Shown: positions 36,088-46,935 of the stretch, in pieces
Numbering within the stretch: the stretch's first letter is position 1
Layout: every line of letters begins with the position of its first letter
DNA from: a virus
DNA: 64,000 nucleotides
Virus record (IMG/VR): IMGVR_UViG_3300032770_000004
Coordinates: 79,375 to 143,374 of that record
Strand: one strand, 5' to 3'
Notes under the pieces: generated by a model
What the model was told of the DNA's origin: nothing
The model's input: the letters and a program-made list of their open reading frames with translations, nothing else
Database searches by the model: none
Position numbers and translations under genes: made by a program

Positions 36088-38643
36088 ATGGCTATTACTG
36101 ATGACAAGGTCAGGTTCTTTGGACCTGCTACGCTAGCGGCTAACGAAAATAAGGATCCGTTTGGTGCTGGTGGCACTTTCCAGTCGTCTACCTCCGTTCC
36201 GACCGATCCATTCTGGGATGTCGCATATTCTAGTGAGCTTAAGAATCGTTGGGATAAGGTTTATCCTTACCAGCTGCTTATTCTAGAACGCGTTAATGGA
36301 AGCTATAGCAATGCCAACATAAAGGCACGCTTCACTCTTCCTATTCCTCCCCAAGAACTGAATATCGATATGCCCTTCGCGATTGAAACAACAGTCACTA
36401 TGGGAGGTGTGATTGAAGAGCATAACGGCGCTCCCCTTAGGACAATTACGCTATCAGGAACGACAGGACTTCTGCCGCTTCGAGGCACGGTTGTTAAGCC
36501 AGGAATTCTTTCTCAAGCAACGACCATCTTTGCTGGTACATTCAGTGGCGTCAATACTATCACCAACTCTTTCAATCAAGCCGGGAACGTCCTTGGATTT
36601 GATGGCGTGACTCCTCCGAACGTCATTCCTGAGACAGACTTTGATGGAGATCTAGGCAACTCGACCGGATTCTATCAATTCATGCTCTTGCAACGATTCC
36701 TGGAGTCCTACATCACTCAGAAGAAGACGAACGAGGGTCGAAACCTACGACTCGCCTTCGCCATTTGGAAGGAACAGGAAGTCTACATTGTCAGTCCCGT
36801 TCTGTTTAGCCGCAGACGCAGCGCTGCGTCTCCAATGGAGTATATGTATACGCTCCAACTTCGAGCTTGGCGACGCATTACACTTGATGACAATCAAACG
36901 CAACCCTACAACAACTCCGTAGGTATTCGAGACATCAATAAACTTGCGCAGATTGCGAATGCCATCGATACAGGACGCAAAATCCTTGAAGGAGTACGCA
37001 ATACTCTTCAGGGTGTTCGTGCTGACATCCAGAACATTCTCTTTACTCCTCTTAGAGAGACTGGTCTCTTTGTCAAAGACATGATTGGCACCTCGCTTGT
37101 GGCTACCGACATGCCTTCCAACATCATGCAGGACTTCCGCGAAGGAATTCTAGAGCTGGTAACTCAAGGACAGGGAATCGACCAGCTTAGCCGCTCATTC
37201 AGTCGTGTGCCGCAGACCTATGAACAGACAGTGAGCGATATTCAAGAAGCCTTCCGAGACCTTGCTATCAGCAGCGGCAAGGCTGATACTGGAGCTGGCC
37301 AAGACCCAGCCAGCAAGCAAGCTGGTTTGTTCGGTGGAACACAAAATGCGAAGAACGCGGATCGCGCCAACAAGATTGCTGCCAATCCTCTTGATAACTT
37401 TAGCTTTTTCAACACCATTCGTATCTCTGACCTTAATCTACGTCCCGCTACTATCAAGAAAATCGAAGACGAGCGCACACGCGTACGCAACTATCGCCGC
37501 GAGGACTTCGAGAAATTCCGAGATCAGACTCTAACCGTCCTGGCCGACTTCAGCGATTTCGTAGGAGCAGGGAACAGTACCTACACCAAACTCTATGGAC
37601 TTCCTACACGCACCACGACTCGAACTCCTACTGATGATGAGTGGGATACCATTCACTCACTGAGTCAGCTCGCGCAGACCTATGACACCCTAGCTGCTTC
37701 GACGACCATCAACCAAGACGTCATTGATGACATTGAATATGTAGCCGGTCTAGCTACTCGCTCTGGCATCGCATTCCGTGTACCCAAGAGCAAGTTCGCC
37801 GTTCCATTCCCATACGGATATACGCTTGAACAATTGGCAGATCGCTACTTGGGAGACCCATTGCGCTGGCATGAAATCGCCACCCTCAATGGTCTCCAGG
37901 CACCTTACGTCGATGAAACAGGATTCCAGCTTCCACTTCTTGTGAATGGATCTGGAAACGATATTGTCATCAGCGATGCCAGCAACATTTTCGTTGGCCA
38001 GTTACTGTGGCTTTCCAGCTCGAACGTTCGTCGCGAGTCTCGTCGTGTTCAAAGAGTCGTTCAGACCGGTTCAGGCCAATTTGTTGTGACTCTCGATGGA
38101 GATTCGGATCTCGTTAAGTTCACCACAGTCGGCGCTTCGATTGTCCAGGGTTTCCTACCGAACACAGTTAATAGCCAGATGCAGATTTACATCCCATCCG
38201 ACATTGAACCTCCTGAAGAAGACTTCAGAGTCAAGAGCATTCCTGGCGTCGACTATTTCGATCCACTCGTACGTACGGGTGGGGTAGACTTATTGCTTAC
38301 CCAGTCTGGCGACCTTGTCATCACACCCGATGGTGATAGTCGTTTGGCCGTAGGTTTGACGAACTTAATCCAGAAGGTACGCTTGGCGCTCGCTACACCT
38401 CGTGGCAGCTTAATGCATCACCCCGACTATGGTATTGGCATCAAGCCGGGAACGAGTACCGCTGACATTTCAGCAAACGATCTTCTAAACAGCGCGGATC
38501 AGATGTTCAAGGATGACCCAGGATTTACTGGTGTCCAATCCGCAAGTGTCCGAAAAGACACGAATGCTGTGTATATGAAAATCGTAGTCGGCATTGCTGG
38601 CGGCACGATGTACATCCCAGTAGAAGTCCAAGCCAAACAATAA
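36088..38643 (+). CDS. Baseplate protein: tube-initiator-like + LysM + gp25-like fusion
   Basis: LPIPPQEL..ITLSGTTG; TLEQLADRYLGDPLRWHEIATLNGL; TPRGSLMHHPDYG. Confidence 0.75.
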   Translation: MAITDDKVRFFGPATLAANENKDPFGAGGTFQSSTSVPTDPFWDVAYSSELKNRWDKVYPYQLLILERVNGSYSNANIKARFTLPIPPQELNIDMPFAIETTVTMGGVIEEHNGAPLRTITLSGTTGLLPLRGTVVKPGILSQATTIFAGTFSGVNTITNSFNQAGNVLGFDGVTPPNVIPETDFDGDLGNSTGFYQFMLLQRFLESYITQKKTNEGRNLRLAFAIWKEQEVYIVSPVLFSRRRSAASPMEYMYTLQLRAWRRITLDDNQTQPYNNSVGIRDINKLAQIANAIDTGRKILEGVRNTLQGVRADIQNILFTPLRETGLFVKDMIGTSLVATDMPSNIMQDFREGILELVTQGQGIDQLSRSFSRVPQTYEQTVSDIQEAFRDLAISSGKADTGAGQDPASKQAGLFGGTQNAKNADRANKIAANPLDNFSFFNTIRISDLNLRPATIKKIEDERTRVRNYRREDFEKFRDQTLTVLADFSDFVGAGNSTYTKLYGLPTRTTTRTPTDDEWDTIHSLSQLAQTYDTLAASTTINQDVIDDIEYVAGLATRSGIAFRVPKSKFAVPFPYGYTLEQLADRYLGDPLRWHEIATLNGLQAPYVDETGFQLPLLVNGSGNDIVISDASNIFVGQLLWLSSSNVRRESRRVQRVVQTGSGQFVVTLDGDSDLVKFTTVGASIVQGFLPNTVNSQMQIYIPSDIEPPEEDFRVKSIPGVDYFDPLVRTGGVDLLLTQSGDLVITPDGDSRLAVGLTNLIQKVRLALATPRGSLMHHPDYGIGIKPGTSTADISANDLLNSADQMFKDDPGFTGVQSASVRKDTNAVYMKIVVGIAGGTMYIPVEVQAKQ

Positions 38644-38701
38644 TTGGCCGGGGTAATCTACATTCCATCCTGACAAGTAGTTCCTGAAGGATATCAATCC
38701 C

Positions 38702-39163
38702 ATGGCAGACAAATGGTATCAGACTTGTGTTCAATCAAAGCGATGCCCTAGATGCGGTAAGTCTAGGGGCTCATCGAAGTCGATCTATTGTCAAGCCTGT
38801 AGCGTCCATAACGCCAAACAAAAAATGATCCGTAAGAACGCGGGAGACTGTCCTAACCACAGGAACGTTAAGCGTCCGTGTGTTCTATGCAAATGGAGCA
38901 TCGCAGAAAGCTCACTTAGAAAATACGGAATTTCCTTAGAGGAGTTTGCTTGGATGGAACACGCACAAAATCGTTTGTGCGCGATTTGTCAACAGAGACC
39001 AGATTCTGGTCGAGATTTAGCCGTGGATCATGATCACGAAACCGGCCAAATTAGAGGACTACTTTGTGATCGATGCAACCCAGGTATCGGAATGTTCCCT
39101 AAGAAGGAAAATCTATTGCGAGCATACGAGTACCTGAAGAAGTTCGGAAAAGAAAATGGCTGA
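38702..39163 (+). CDS. Endonuclease VII-type HNH homing endonuclease with Cys-rich N-terminus
   Basis: KYGIS..CAIC..LAVDHDHETGQIRGLLCDRCN. Confidence 0.9.
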   Translation: MADKWYQTCVQSKRCPRCGKSRGSSKSIYCQACSVHNAKQKMIRKNAGDCPNHRNVKRPCVLCKWSIAESSLRKYGISLEEFAWMEHAQNRLCAICQQRPDSGRDLAVDHDHETGQIRGLLCDRCNPGIGMFPKKENLLRAYEYLKKFGKENG

Positions 39164-42100
39164 TATCCCAACTCCACGAAGCTACTCTCAGATCCTCGGA
39201 GAGATGGTTGACGCTCTTCTTTCGCGCCTCGGCCTTCCGAGTCTGCGAGTTGGCTCGCCTGCGCTTTCGATTCTAGAAGCCGCTGCCCAATCCGACCTTC
39301 GTAGCTCGCAAGACATTTTCAACCTTCTCAATTCCTTGAGTCTAGATCGTGCATCGGGCTTGGCGTTGGATCGCATCGGTGCCGATGAACAGGTTCCTCG
39401 CCTCGGTCAGACAGCCGCCTCAGGAGCCGTTGACATTAGCGATACTGCCTTCACTAAGATTTCAACGCTCATCTATCAGGGCCTTGGCTCTCCAATCGTA
39501 GGTACCATGACCTTGAATGTAGATGATGCTAGCCTTTTCCCGACTAGCGGCAACATCTACGTCGGTCGTGGCACTACCAATTACGAAGGACCCATTCCTT
39601 ACACTGCCACTACCAATGTCGGTAGCTATTGGGCACTGACTCTTGGAACTGGAACCACCAAATTCCACAATCTAGGAGAAGGAGTTGTACTTGCACAAGG
39701 CGGCAATCGAAACATTCCTGCTGGTACTCTAATGGCAACGCCACAAGGCAATGCTGGTACTGCTGTGCAGTTCTCGACCCTTTATGGCGCTACTATCCCC
39801 GATGGTGAAACACTAGTTCAGAACATTCCATCTGTTGCACGTGTTCCTGGGTCTATCGGCAACGTAATTGCTAACAGCGTTACCACATTTGTCTCTCCTC
39901 CGTTTACTACCGCTGCCGTCAATAACCCAGCTCCATTCGCCAACGGTCTTGATACTGAGGATGATCAGTCCTACCGTGAACGTATCCGCTCTGCTCGCAA
40001 TTCGCGCAGCAAGGGAACAGACCTTGCCATTCAGACTGGCGTTATTGGCATCACTGCCCTCGACGAGAATAAGCGCGTCCTAAGCGCGAGCATTGTCACA
40101 CGCGAAGACGAGCCCGTCACTCTCTACATCGACGACGGTACAGGATACGAGCCTATCTCTGAAGGAATCGCCTTTGAAATCATAGTAGACGATGCCTTGG
40201 GTGGCGAGCAGTATTTACAGCTGGCTAACGGTCGACCGGTTCAAAAAGCATCCATTGTCAGCGCACTTTCGGCTCCTTTTGTGCTTTCGGATAACTGTCA
40301 ACTTGCGGTTGAAGTTAGCGGTGTTAGAAGCACACATCAGTTCCCCGCTTCCGACTTCTCTGAAATCACCAATGCTAGCGCATTTGAAGTGGCAGCATCT
40401 ATCAACAGCGACCCCGCAATCAGCTGGTCGGCAAGCGCCACCAACAACGGCAATAATGTTCTCATCTTCGCCAAGGCTGACTCGAACGAGGATCTCCAGG
40501 TAGTTGCAGCAGATGCCGGTCTGATTGATGCCAACGACCTTCTTGGCTTCAATACCAATCCCGCCAAGACCCTTTGGCTCTACAAGAATGATGTTCTCCT
40601 TGAAAAGGATGGCGAGCTGGCCCTTCTTACTACCAAGCCACAAAGTCAGTGGTCTTCTATCGCCACGGGCGCGACTCTGAACATTTCGGTTGATGGTATT
40701 CCATTGACAATCACCATCAACGATGTCGACTTTATCAACGCCGGAACCTCCTACGTCAAGGTAGCTGCTACTAATTCTTTGGCGTCTTGGGCTCAGGTTT
40801 TGAACTATAAGATTCCAGGCGTCACCGTGACGGTTGATGGCGGATCTCTCGACTTTACTAGCAACAGTGGGCGAAGTTCGCGAGCAGCGATTGCCATCAC
40901 TGGCGGTTCCATGCAAGGTGCGATGTTTAGCACAATGACTGCCCAAGGCCGCAACAAGGACTATAGTCTGGATCGCAACCTTGGTCAAATTAAGCTAGAG
41001 ACACCACTCATAGCTGAAGATCGCCTAACCGCTGGAAGTCTCAATACTCGTGGTTTCGTGGTAACCCCAGCTTTCACTACCCATAATATTGCTTCTGTTG
41101 CCACCAGCGTTGCTGGCCAGAATGGCGCAGAACTTTGGGTGGTAGTTGATGGAAATGCTCAGATTGTCAATATCGGAGCTGGCATAGGTACATCATTAAC
41201 TGTAACCAATCCCACTTCTCCTACCTGGGGAAAACGCGTACGTTACAACAGTAACGCAGCCGCCAATCTCTTTGGTAACGCTCTAGAAGGTGACTGGGTT
41301 ATTGCGACAGACCTTGCATTTAACATTGCTAACCGTGGAGCATACCGTATCGCGGCAGTAGATGCTGGCGGTACCTGGATTGAAGTTGAACGTCCATCTT
41401 CGTGGTCCACTACTCAGGCTGCCTTCAATCTCTTGACGGGCGGAATGAAGGTCGTTCGTACCTTAGTAGAACCACAGCGTGTATTCATCACTACAGCCAA
41501 TAACTATACAGCCCTCAGTCTTGTGACGGCAATGCAGCCACAGCTTGATGGAGCAACCGCCGAAGTCTATCAAACCCAGCAGGTTCTTCTGCGCACCAAT
41601 AGCTTTACTGGAGGCGACATTGCGGTCGTAGCAGCCAATGACGAAGGCGTTCTCCTTGGCTTCCCCCTAACCGGAGCTGTGGCTAGCGGTATTAGCCACC
41701 TTGCAAGTATCGTCGCAAGCCATCCTCAGACTGGAACTCCTGGATTCAATAACTACACGGTATTTTCGGTCACTAGCTCAACAGTCATCAACTATGGATC
41801 CGGTACTGCTCCGAGCAGCAGCGGTATTCTCGTCGGACTCAAGGCTCTTGATGATACTAGCGGTACTAAGTATAGCAACAAGAACCACATTTCCGGTATC
41901 GCTTCACAGTCCGGTACTGTGCTGACATTACGTACCCCGGCACTAGAACAATGGCTACCGCAAGACCGCTTCTACGTATCGTCTTCATATGGAATCACTG
42001 CCCGAGATCAGATTGCGGTAGTGGTTGATGGCGATGAAATCAGCAAGCGTTATGTGATGAATATGTATCGTCGCGTAACCCCAGGCAGCACCACGTATGG

Positions 42101-44948
42101 TTCGACTAACGACTTCCATGACGCAGACAATGGTGGTGTTAGCTTGGCTGAAGCTTTTGGTACCAACTTCGATTGGTCAGACTTTGCCGTCCATATGAAA
42201 GCACGCGGCAAGGCCAACGGCATTATGTGGCGATACTATCGTCATGGCCCCGAAGGCAACTATGCTCGTGTCCAATACACTTACCCGACAGTTGCAAGTC
42301 AGGCCACATCAGTGGTGACTGTCAATACACGTCTTGATGATTACGTTGACATTGGCATCAGTCTTAGATCCGGCGCAGCACGTACCGGTGTTGGAATTCA
42401 CAACACATCAGCAATCGGCGCCATCGCTACTTCAGGACCGGACGTCAACAATCTTTATACCTACCTGTATGTAATGTACCTAGCAGTTTCGAGTGGCCAG
42501 CGTGTCATTCAGCTGAACTACACGGGCGGTAACGCAAATGTGTTTAGCGGCGTCGTCACGGGTGGCACTTCCGGAGCTACTGCGACAGTAGTTAGCGACA
42601 CCCCAGGAGGAACCGGTACTGGCGTGCTTATTCTAACAGGCCCAGTCGGTTCCTTTGTCAATGGCGAAACCATTACAGCTGGTTCTGCCTCTGCTACCAC
42701 TAACGGTACAATGTATGGTCTCACTACCCTAACTCTCACGCTTCCTTCGCCGGCTACAGACCATGGTTGGGCCGTTGGTAACATCATCTGGTTCCAGAGT
42801 ACCAATGTCAACTTCTCGTCGGGACCATACACTATCACTGCCCGTACAGCATCTAGCATCAGTTTCGTAGACGTTGCCACAACGCAAGGCGCTACAGCTA
42901 CGCCTGGGCGTGTAAGTCAGGATACACTTGGAGAAGTCACGCTCAATGGAAGTACAGTGGTCGTAGGCGACATCTTCACGATGACCCCCTCCCTTTCGAT
43001 GATTGTTGGAGCGCCTCCAGTATTTCAAACAATCAAGACCTTAACGCTCGGAAGTGACAGCTTTACGGGCCAATCACCTAATGCGGGAACTCCTACAACC
43101 ACGCTTTCGTGGTACTACATTGGAAACACTGCCAATGTCTCGTGGTATCCATTGGATTCAAGTAACACGCTTACGAACATCAATACCGACGTTAGCGGAT
43201 CTGCCAATACGCCAATCTCTGGATACATCTACGGAACTCCTTCGAGCACCATCCTTGCTGCAAGCTATGAAGCTCCTGGCAATGGCGGTATTGGAAATAC
43301 CTATCCTTGGTACAACCTCGTTGACGGCATCAACTACGTACTCTCTAACACGATGCCAGGATCGCCTTCGACCCAGGTCAATTTCACATTCAAGAATGCT
43401 ACGGATGGATCTCTATCGACGAATTCAGATTGGATTGATGAAGATGTTCGTCTTGTTCCGACCACCGTCGCAAACATCGTCAACTATCTCAACAGCGCTG
43501 CTATCGGCGGATTGTTTGAGGCAACCGAAATTGCTATTGCCCAAGACGGCCAGAAGCCGCAAATCACCACCATCACAGTTGGAAGCCAAGGTGACATCAA
43601 TGTCAGCGGCGGCAATGCCAACAACGTAGCGGTACCCATTGTTGGTAGCGCAGTTGTGGCGGCTGATACCTCCGTGGTTTCCGTCCTTGCTTCTGAAGCT
43701 GATGGACTGAGAGGAAATGCGTGGGTGCGCCTAGAGAATGCTGTGGTTGCTCCAAAGGCGATCATCACCAGTGCGACTGCGTTGACTAGTATCGACGCCA
43801 CGGGCGCAATCGTAGTAACGGGTACGAAGCTTTGGAAGTGGAGTGCTGATGGTGGATCCACAGAAGACATTGCATCGGCAAACTGGCAGATTGAACGTCA
43901 AGGAAACTACATGGCTTATGTTTGGACGGGCGCCAGTCCGTATACCAATTTCGCCAATGTAGCCGAAGGTGACTGGGTATACCTTACCAATTTCACCGGA
44001 ACGATGAATACCCTCAATACGGGTGTCTTCCGTGTAGTGCGAACCAACGGAGTAGATACTTTCTGGATCGAAAACCCAAACGGAGTAGAAGAGATTTCGA
44101 GTGCGGTTACGATGTTCTTTGACTACAACAGCGCTATCTACAACGATACGCTGATTATAAACACTCCATTGTGGGGTAGCGCCAACGTTGGTACGTGGAC
44201 CGTTCTTGCACCAGACCTTACCAATCAATACCGAATTCTTGTCAAAAGCTTGACAGGTCAAGTCCCCGTAGCGGCGGGTCCTGTAGCAGCTCTTGGAATC
44301 AACGCCGGATTGATCCAGGTCTATGAATCGAGCCCTTCACGCCTCACTAAGCAGATCAGTGGTATCGCCCCTAATGGAAGCTCGCTTGTTGACATCAAAT
44401 TCACGACTAAGGGCGGCTACCAGAATGTGGGTGCTGCATATGGCACGATTATCAGGGCTCTAGACAAACTCCAGTTTGGTATCGACCAGACAACGGGAGC
44501 CGTACAGTCTATCAATCCAGGTGTCGATGCCTATGTTCACAACGCAGGCCTAATTGCTGAAGCTAACAAGGTTGTCTATGGCGACGAGAGCGACAGCTCA
44601 AGCTATCCTGGAATTGCCGCTGCTGGAGCTAATATCAATATTAGTGGGCCAATTATTCGCAGGATTCAGGTCTCGTTTGCTGTCCGTGCCGCTACTGGCG
44701 TAGATACCCAAGACATTCGAGCCAAGGTACGATCGGCCGTTGCTTCTGTCATCAATCAAGCTGGCGTAGGTGAATCTATCGCTATCAGCAAACTAATTAC
44801 CGCAGCCCAGGGCATCAATGGAGTCGTGGGTATCACGGTACTCGCTCCTGTCTATGGAAGCGGCAACGATCTAATCCCAATTCAACCCTTTGAAAAGGCC
44901 TTGGTCTTGGACGTTGAACAAGACATCCAGGTCAGTCTCGTGGAGTAA
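39156..44948 (+). CDS. Giant baseplate J-like wedge protein (1930 aa)
   Basis: ASGLALDRIG, GSIGNV, NGLDTEDDQSYRERI, KGT; C-terminal YPGIAAAG..VGESIAIS. Confidence 0.85.
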   Translation: MADIPTPRSYSQILGEMVDALLSRLGLPSLRVGSPALSILEAAAQSDLRSSQDIFNLLNSLSLDRASGLALDRIGADEQVPRLGQTAASGAVDISDTAFTKISTLIYQGLGSPIVGTMTLNVDDASLFPTSGNIYVGRGTTNYEGPIPYTATTNVGSYWALTLGTGTTKFHNLGEGVVLAQGGNRNIPAGTLMATPQGNAGTAVQFSTLYGATIPDGETLVQNIPSVARVPGSIGNVIANSVTTFVSPPFTTAAVNNPAPFANGLDTEDDQSYRERIRSARNSRSKGTDLAIQTGVIGITALDENKRVLSASIVTREDEPVTLYIDDGTGYEPISEGIAFEIIVDDALGGEQYLQLANGRPVQKASIVSALSAPFVLSDNCQLAVEVSGVRSTHQFPASDFSEITNASAFEVAASINSDPAISWSASATNNGNNVLIFAKADSNEDLQVVAADAGLIDANDLLGFNTNPAKTLWLYKNDVLLEKDGELALLTTKPQSQWSSIATGATLNISVDGIPLTITINDVDFINAGTSYVKVAATNSLASWAQVLNYKIPGVTVTVDGGSLDFTSNSGRSSRAAIAITGGSMQGAMFSTMTAQGRNKDYSLDRNLGQIKLETPLIAEDRLTAGSLNTRGFVVTPAFTTHNIASVATSVAGQNGAELWVVVDGNAQIVNIGAGIGTSLTVTNPTSPTWGKRVRYNSNAAANLFGNALEGDWVIATDLAFNIANRGAYRIAAVDAGGTWIEVERPSSWSTTQAAFNLLTGGMKVVRTLVEPQRVFITTANNYTALSLVTAMQPQLDGATAEVYQTQQVLLRTNSFTGGDIAVVAANDEGVLLGFPLTGAVASGISHLASIVASHPQTGTPGFNNYTVFSVTSSTVINYGSGTAPSSSGILVGLKALDDTSGTKYSNKNHISGIASQSGTVLTLRTPALEQWLPQDRFYVSSSYGITARDQIAVVVDGDEISKRYVMNMYRRVTPGSTTYGSTNDFHDADNGGVSLAEAFGTNFDWSDFAVHMKARGKANGIMWRYYRHGPEGNYARVQYTYPTVASQATSVVTVNTRLDDYVDIGISLRSGAARTGVGIHNTSAIGAIATSGPDVNNLYTYLYVMYLAVSSGQRVIQLNYTGGNANVFSGVVTGGTSGATATVVSDTPGGTGTGVLILTGPVGSFVNGETITAGSASATTNGTMYGLTTLTLTLPSPATDHGWAVGNIIWFQSTNVNFSSGPYTITARTASSISFVDVATTQGATATPGRVSQDTLGEVTLNGSTVVVGDIFTMTPSLSMIVGAPPVFQTIKTLTLGSDSFTGQSPNAGTPTTTLSWYYIGNTANVSWYPLDSSNTLTNINTDVSGSANTPISGYIYGTPSSTILAASYEAPGNGGIGNTYPWYNLVDGINYVLSNTMPGSPSTQVNFTFKNATDGSLSTNSDWIDEDVRLVPTTVANIVNYLNSAAIGGLFEATEIAIAQDGQKPQITTITVGSQGDINVSGGNANNVAVPIVGSAVVAADTSVVSVLASEADGLRGNAWVRLENAVVAPKAIITSATALTSIDATGAIVVTGTKLWKWSADGGSTEDIASANWQIERQGNYMAYVWTGASPYTNFANVAEGDWVYLTNFTGTMNTLNTGVFRVVRTNGVDTFWIENPNGVEEISSAVTMFFDYNSAIYNDTLIINTPLWGSANVGTWTVLAPDLTNQYRILVKSLTGQVPVAAGPVAALGINAGLIQVYESSPSRLTKQISGIAPNGSSLVDIKFTTKGGYQNVGAAYGTIIRALDKLQFGIDQTTGAVQSINPGVDAYVHNAGLIAEANKVVYGDESDSSSYPGIAAAGANINISGPIIRRIQVSFAVRAATGVDTQDIRAKVRSAVASVINQAGVGESIAISKLITAAQGINGVVGITVLAPVYGSGNDLIPIQPFEKALVLDVEQDIQVSLVE

Positions 44949-44950
44949 TC

Positions 44951-45967
44951 ATGTCTCTTCCTGCACTTAGCAAAACATACTACGCATACGGAAACGCTAC
45001 TGCTCCAGCTACAGATACCGTAGGGCACATTGCTTCATCGAACGCCTTCCTGCTGAAGCAATTTCTCGTTGGTAACGCTGTTGTAGGTGGCTCGTCATAT
45101 GGCACCCGCAATCCCAACAGTCTTTGGACCATCATGGGCTGCTGCGATTCTACGCAAGTGAAGACAGATGGTACTGACCTCTGGACCGACTACACGAAGG
45201 TCGTCTGGGCGAATAGTGGGTCAGCACATTCGTGGATATGGTTGCGTAACACGACGATTGGCCGCGACATCGTGATTGATGCCAACTCCTCTGCCTTCAC
45301 GTCTATCCGCATCACTGGCTCACGCACCGCTGACGCTCCGTTCTCTGGTGGCACGACTACGGCTGGGCCGACCAGTACGTACGAGTATACGGCGAAGACT
45401 TATAGCAACGGTACGAACATCAACTCTCCGTGGATCGCTGACACGGTGACAAGTGCTACTAATTATGCGCATTTTTGCTGCCCGGGTGATGGCACATGGG
45501 CCTTCTACACCTCGCGCGGCGGGTCTGGATACTTCAACCAAGCGATCGAGATGGTGCAGACGACCAACGCTGCGTCGGCCGACCACTACAACACTTTTTG
45601 GATGTTGGACTCGGCCAGTGCCACGCGCGGTTGCTTCGCTGCTGGAAATCTGACGAGCAACAACACGGCGGTCGGCCGCACCTTCAATAACGCTACGGGC
45701 GCCAACGGCGGACTCAGCGCTGGAAATAACTTCGGCGGTAACGTCCTCAACTCAACGGGGCTCGACGCAGGTACATCGAACTACATGGCTGTCCCGATCC
45801 ATATCTACACGTTCACGGGAAGTGCCGCGTATCGAGGCCAGTGGCCGGATCACTACCATGTGGCGAATGCGCCGATTGGTGGAAGCTACCCTAGCGCTGC
45901 CGCACAAACACACGTAGTAGTTGGTGACGTAGTGTGTCCTTTCCCCGGCGTGAACCTTTTGACCTAA
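44951..45967 (+). CDS. Putative tail appendage/receptor-binding protein
   Basis: Thr/Ser/Gly/Asn-rich, in the baseplate operon. Confidence 0.5.
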   Translation: MSLPALSKTYYAYGNATAPATDTVGHIASSNAFLLKQFLVGNAVVGGSSYGTRNPNSLWTIMGCCDSTQVKTDGTDLWTDYTKVVWANSGSAHSWIWLRNTTIGRDIVIDANSSAFTSIRITGSRTADAPFSGGTTTAGPTSTYEYTAKTYSNGTNINSPWIADTVTSATNYAHFCCPGDGTWAFYTSRGGSGYFNQAIEMVQTTNAASADHYNTFWMLDSASATRGCFAAGNLTSNNTAVGRTFNNATGANGGLSAGNNFGGNVLNSTGLDAGTSNYMAVPIHIYTFTGSAAYRGQWPDHYHVANAPIGGSYPSAAAQTHVVVGDVVCPFPGVNLLT

Positions 45968-45977
45968 GAGATAAGCC

Positions 45978-46934
45978 GTGACAGACGTCTCCAATATCGC
46001 GCTCTATGGGGATCAGGGTCCTTACTTTGTTCCGCTTGCGCAGATTCAGCCTAACCTTTCAGGAATGTACCTGCTAGGTGCCGTTAACAAGCTGAGTCTT
46101 GATGCTGTCGTCACGTCTTCCAATCAATTTATAGTAACTCTAGGTGAGCTAGTTACTCGCGCATCGACTAGTGCTTCTGACTATTCTGTCAGTGGTCCAT
46201 CAACAATTACGGTGACAGGAGTTACTTGGAACAGCACAGATACGTTCATCACGTGTACCTATACCGGCGCTTTCGTAGCTGGTACATACACACTTTCAAT
46301 TACTGCCGATACCATTTCCGATTTGAACGGAAACTTCAACAGTAACTCTCCTATCCCGCTTCTAAACACGACGTTTTCCGTGCCAACGATGACCTATGTC
46401 AGTCCTACTGGCGGTGCGTCTACAATACATCTGACCTATTCGTTGCCTCCTTACATTTCTGGAGACGCCGCTGTACCTGCCAATTGGATCATCACGGGAA
46501 GTGGTGTACCGGTGACAGTCACGAGTGTCACGACATCGGGGAACGACATCGTCTTGGGCGTTACCGAGCAAACCCAGGGGGCTAGCTATCAGGTGACAAT
46601 GCCAGCTGGCATCAGCGGAATTTCAGGCGTTAGCTACATAGCGTTATCTGGATCTTTCGTTGCCAACTTCACCGGAACCGGTATTGCACCGACTATCCTA
46701 ATCGCCTTCCCAGAGAACGATGCATACAAAGTGGACGTAATCTTTAGTGAGGCGGTAGTGGACACCGAAGCTTTGGTTGCTGCTAATTACAGCATCAACA
46801 ATGGGTTGCAGGTGTACTCCGTGGATAAGCTAAGTGATAGCTCCTATCGTCTCCACACAAGCCAGCAAACCGCTGGAGTAGTGTACACCCTCATCGTTAG
46901 CAACATTCATGATCTCAAGGGGAATCTGATTTAA
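45978..46934 (+). CDS. Ig-like repeat structural protein
   Basis: Three Big-like units (DYSVSG, ANWIITG, ANYSIN; DLNGN/DLKGN ends). Confidence 0.65.
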   Translation: MTDVSNIALYGDQGPYFVPLAQIQPNLSGMYLLGAVNKLSLDAVVTSSNQFIVTLGELVTRASTSASDYSVSGPSTITVTGVTWNSTDTFITCTYTGAFVAGTYTLSITADTISDLNGNFNSNSPIPLLNTTFSVPTMTYVSPTGGASTIHLTYSLPPYISGDAAVPANWIITGSGVPVTVTSVTTSGNDIVLGVTEQTQGASYQVTMPAGISGISGVSYIALSGSFVANFTGTGIAPTILIAFPENDAYKVDVIFSEAVVDTEALVAANYSINNGLQVYSVDKLSDSSYRLHTSQQTAGVVYTLIVSNIHDLKGNLI

Positions 46935-46935
46935 A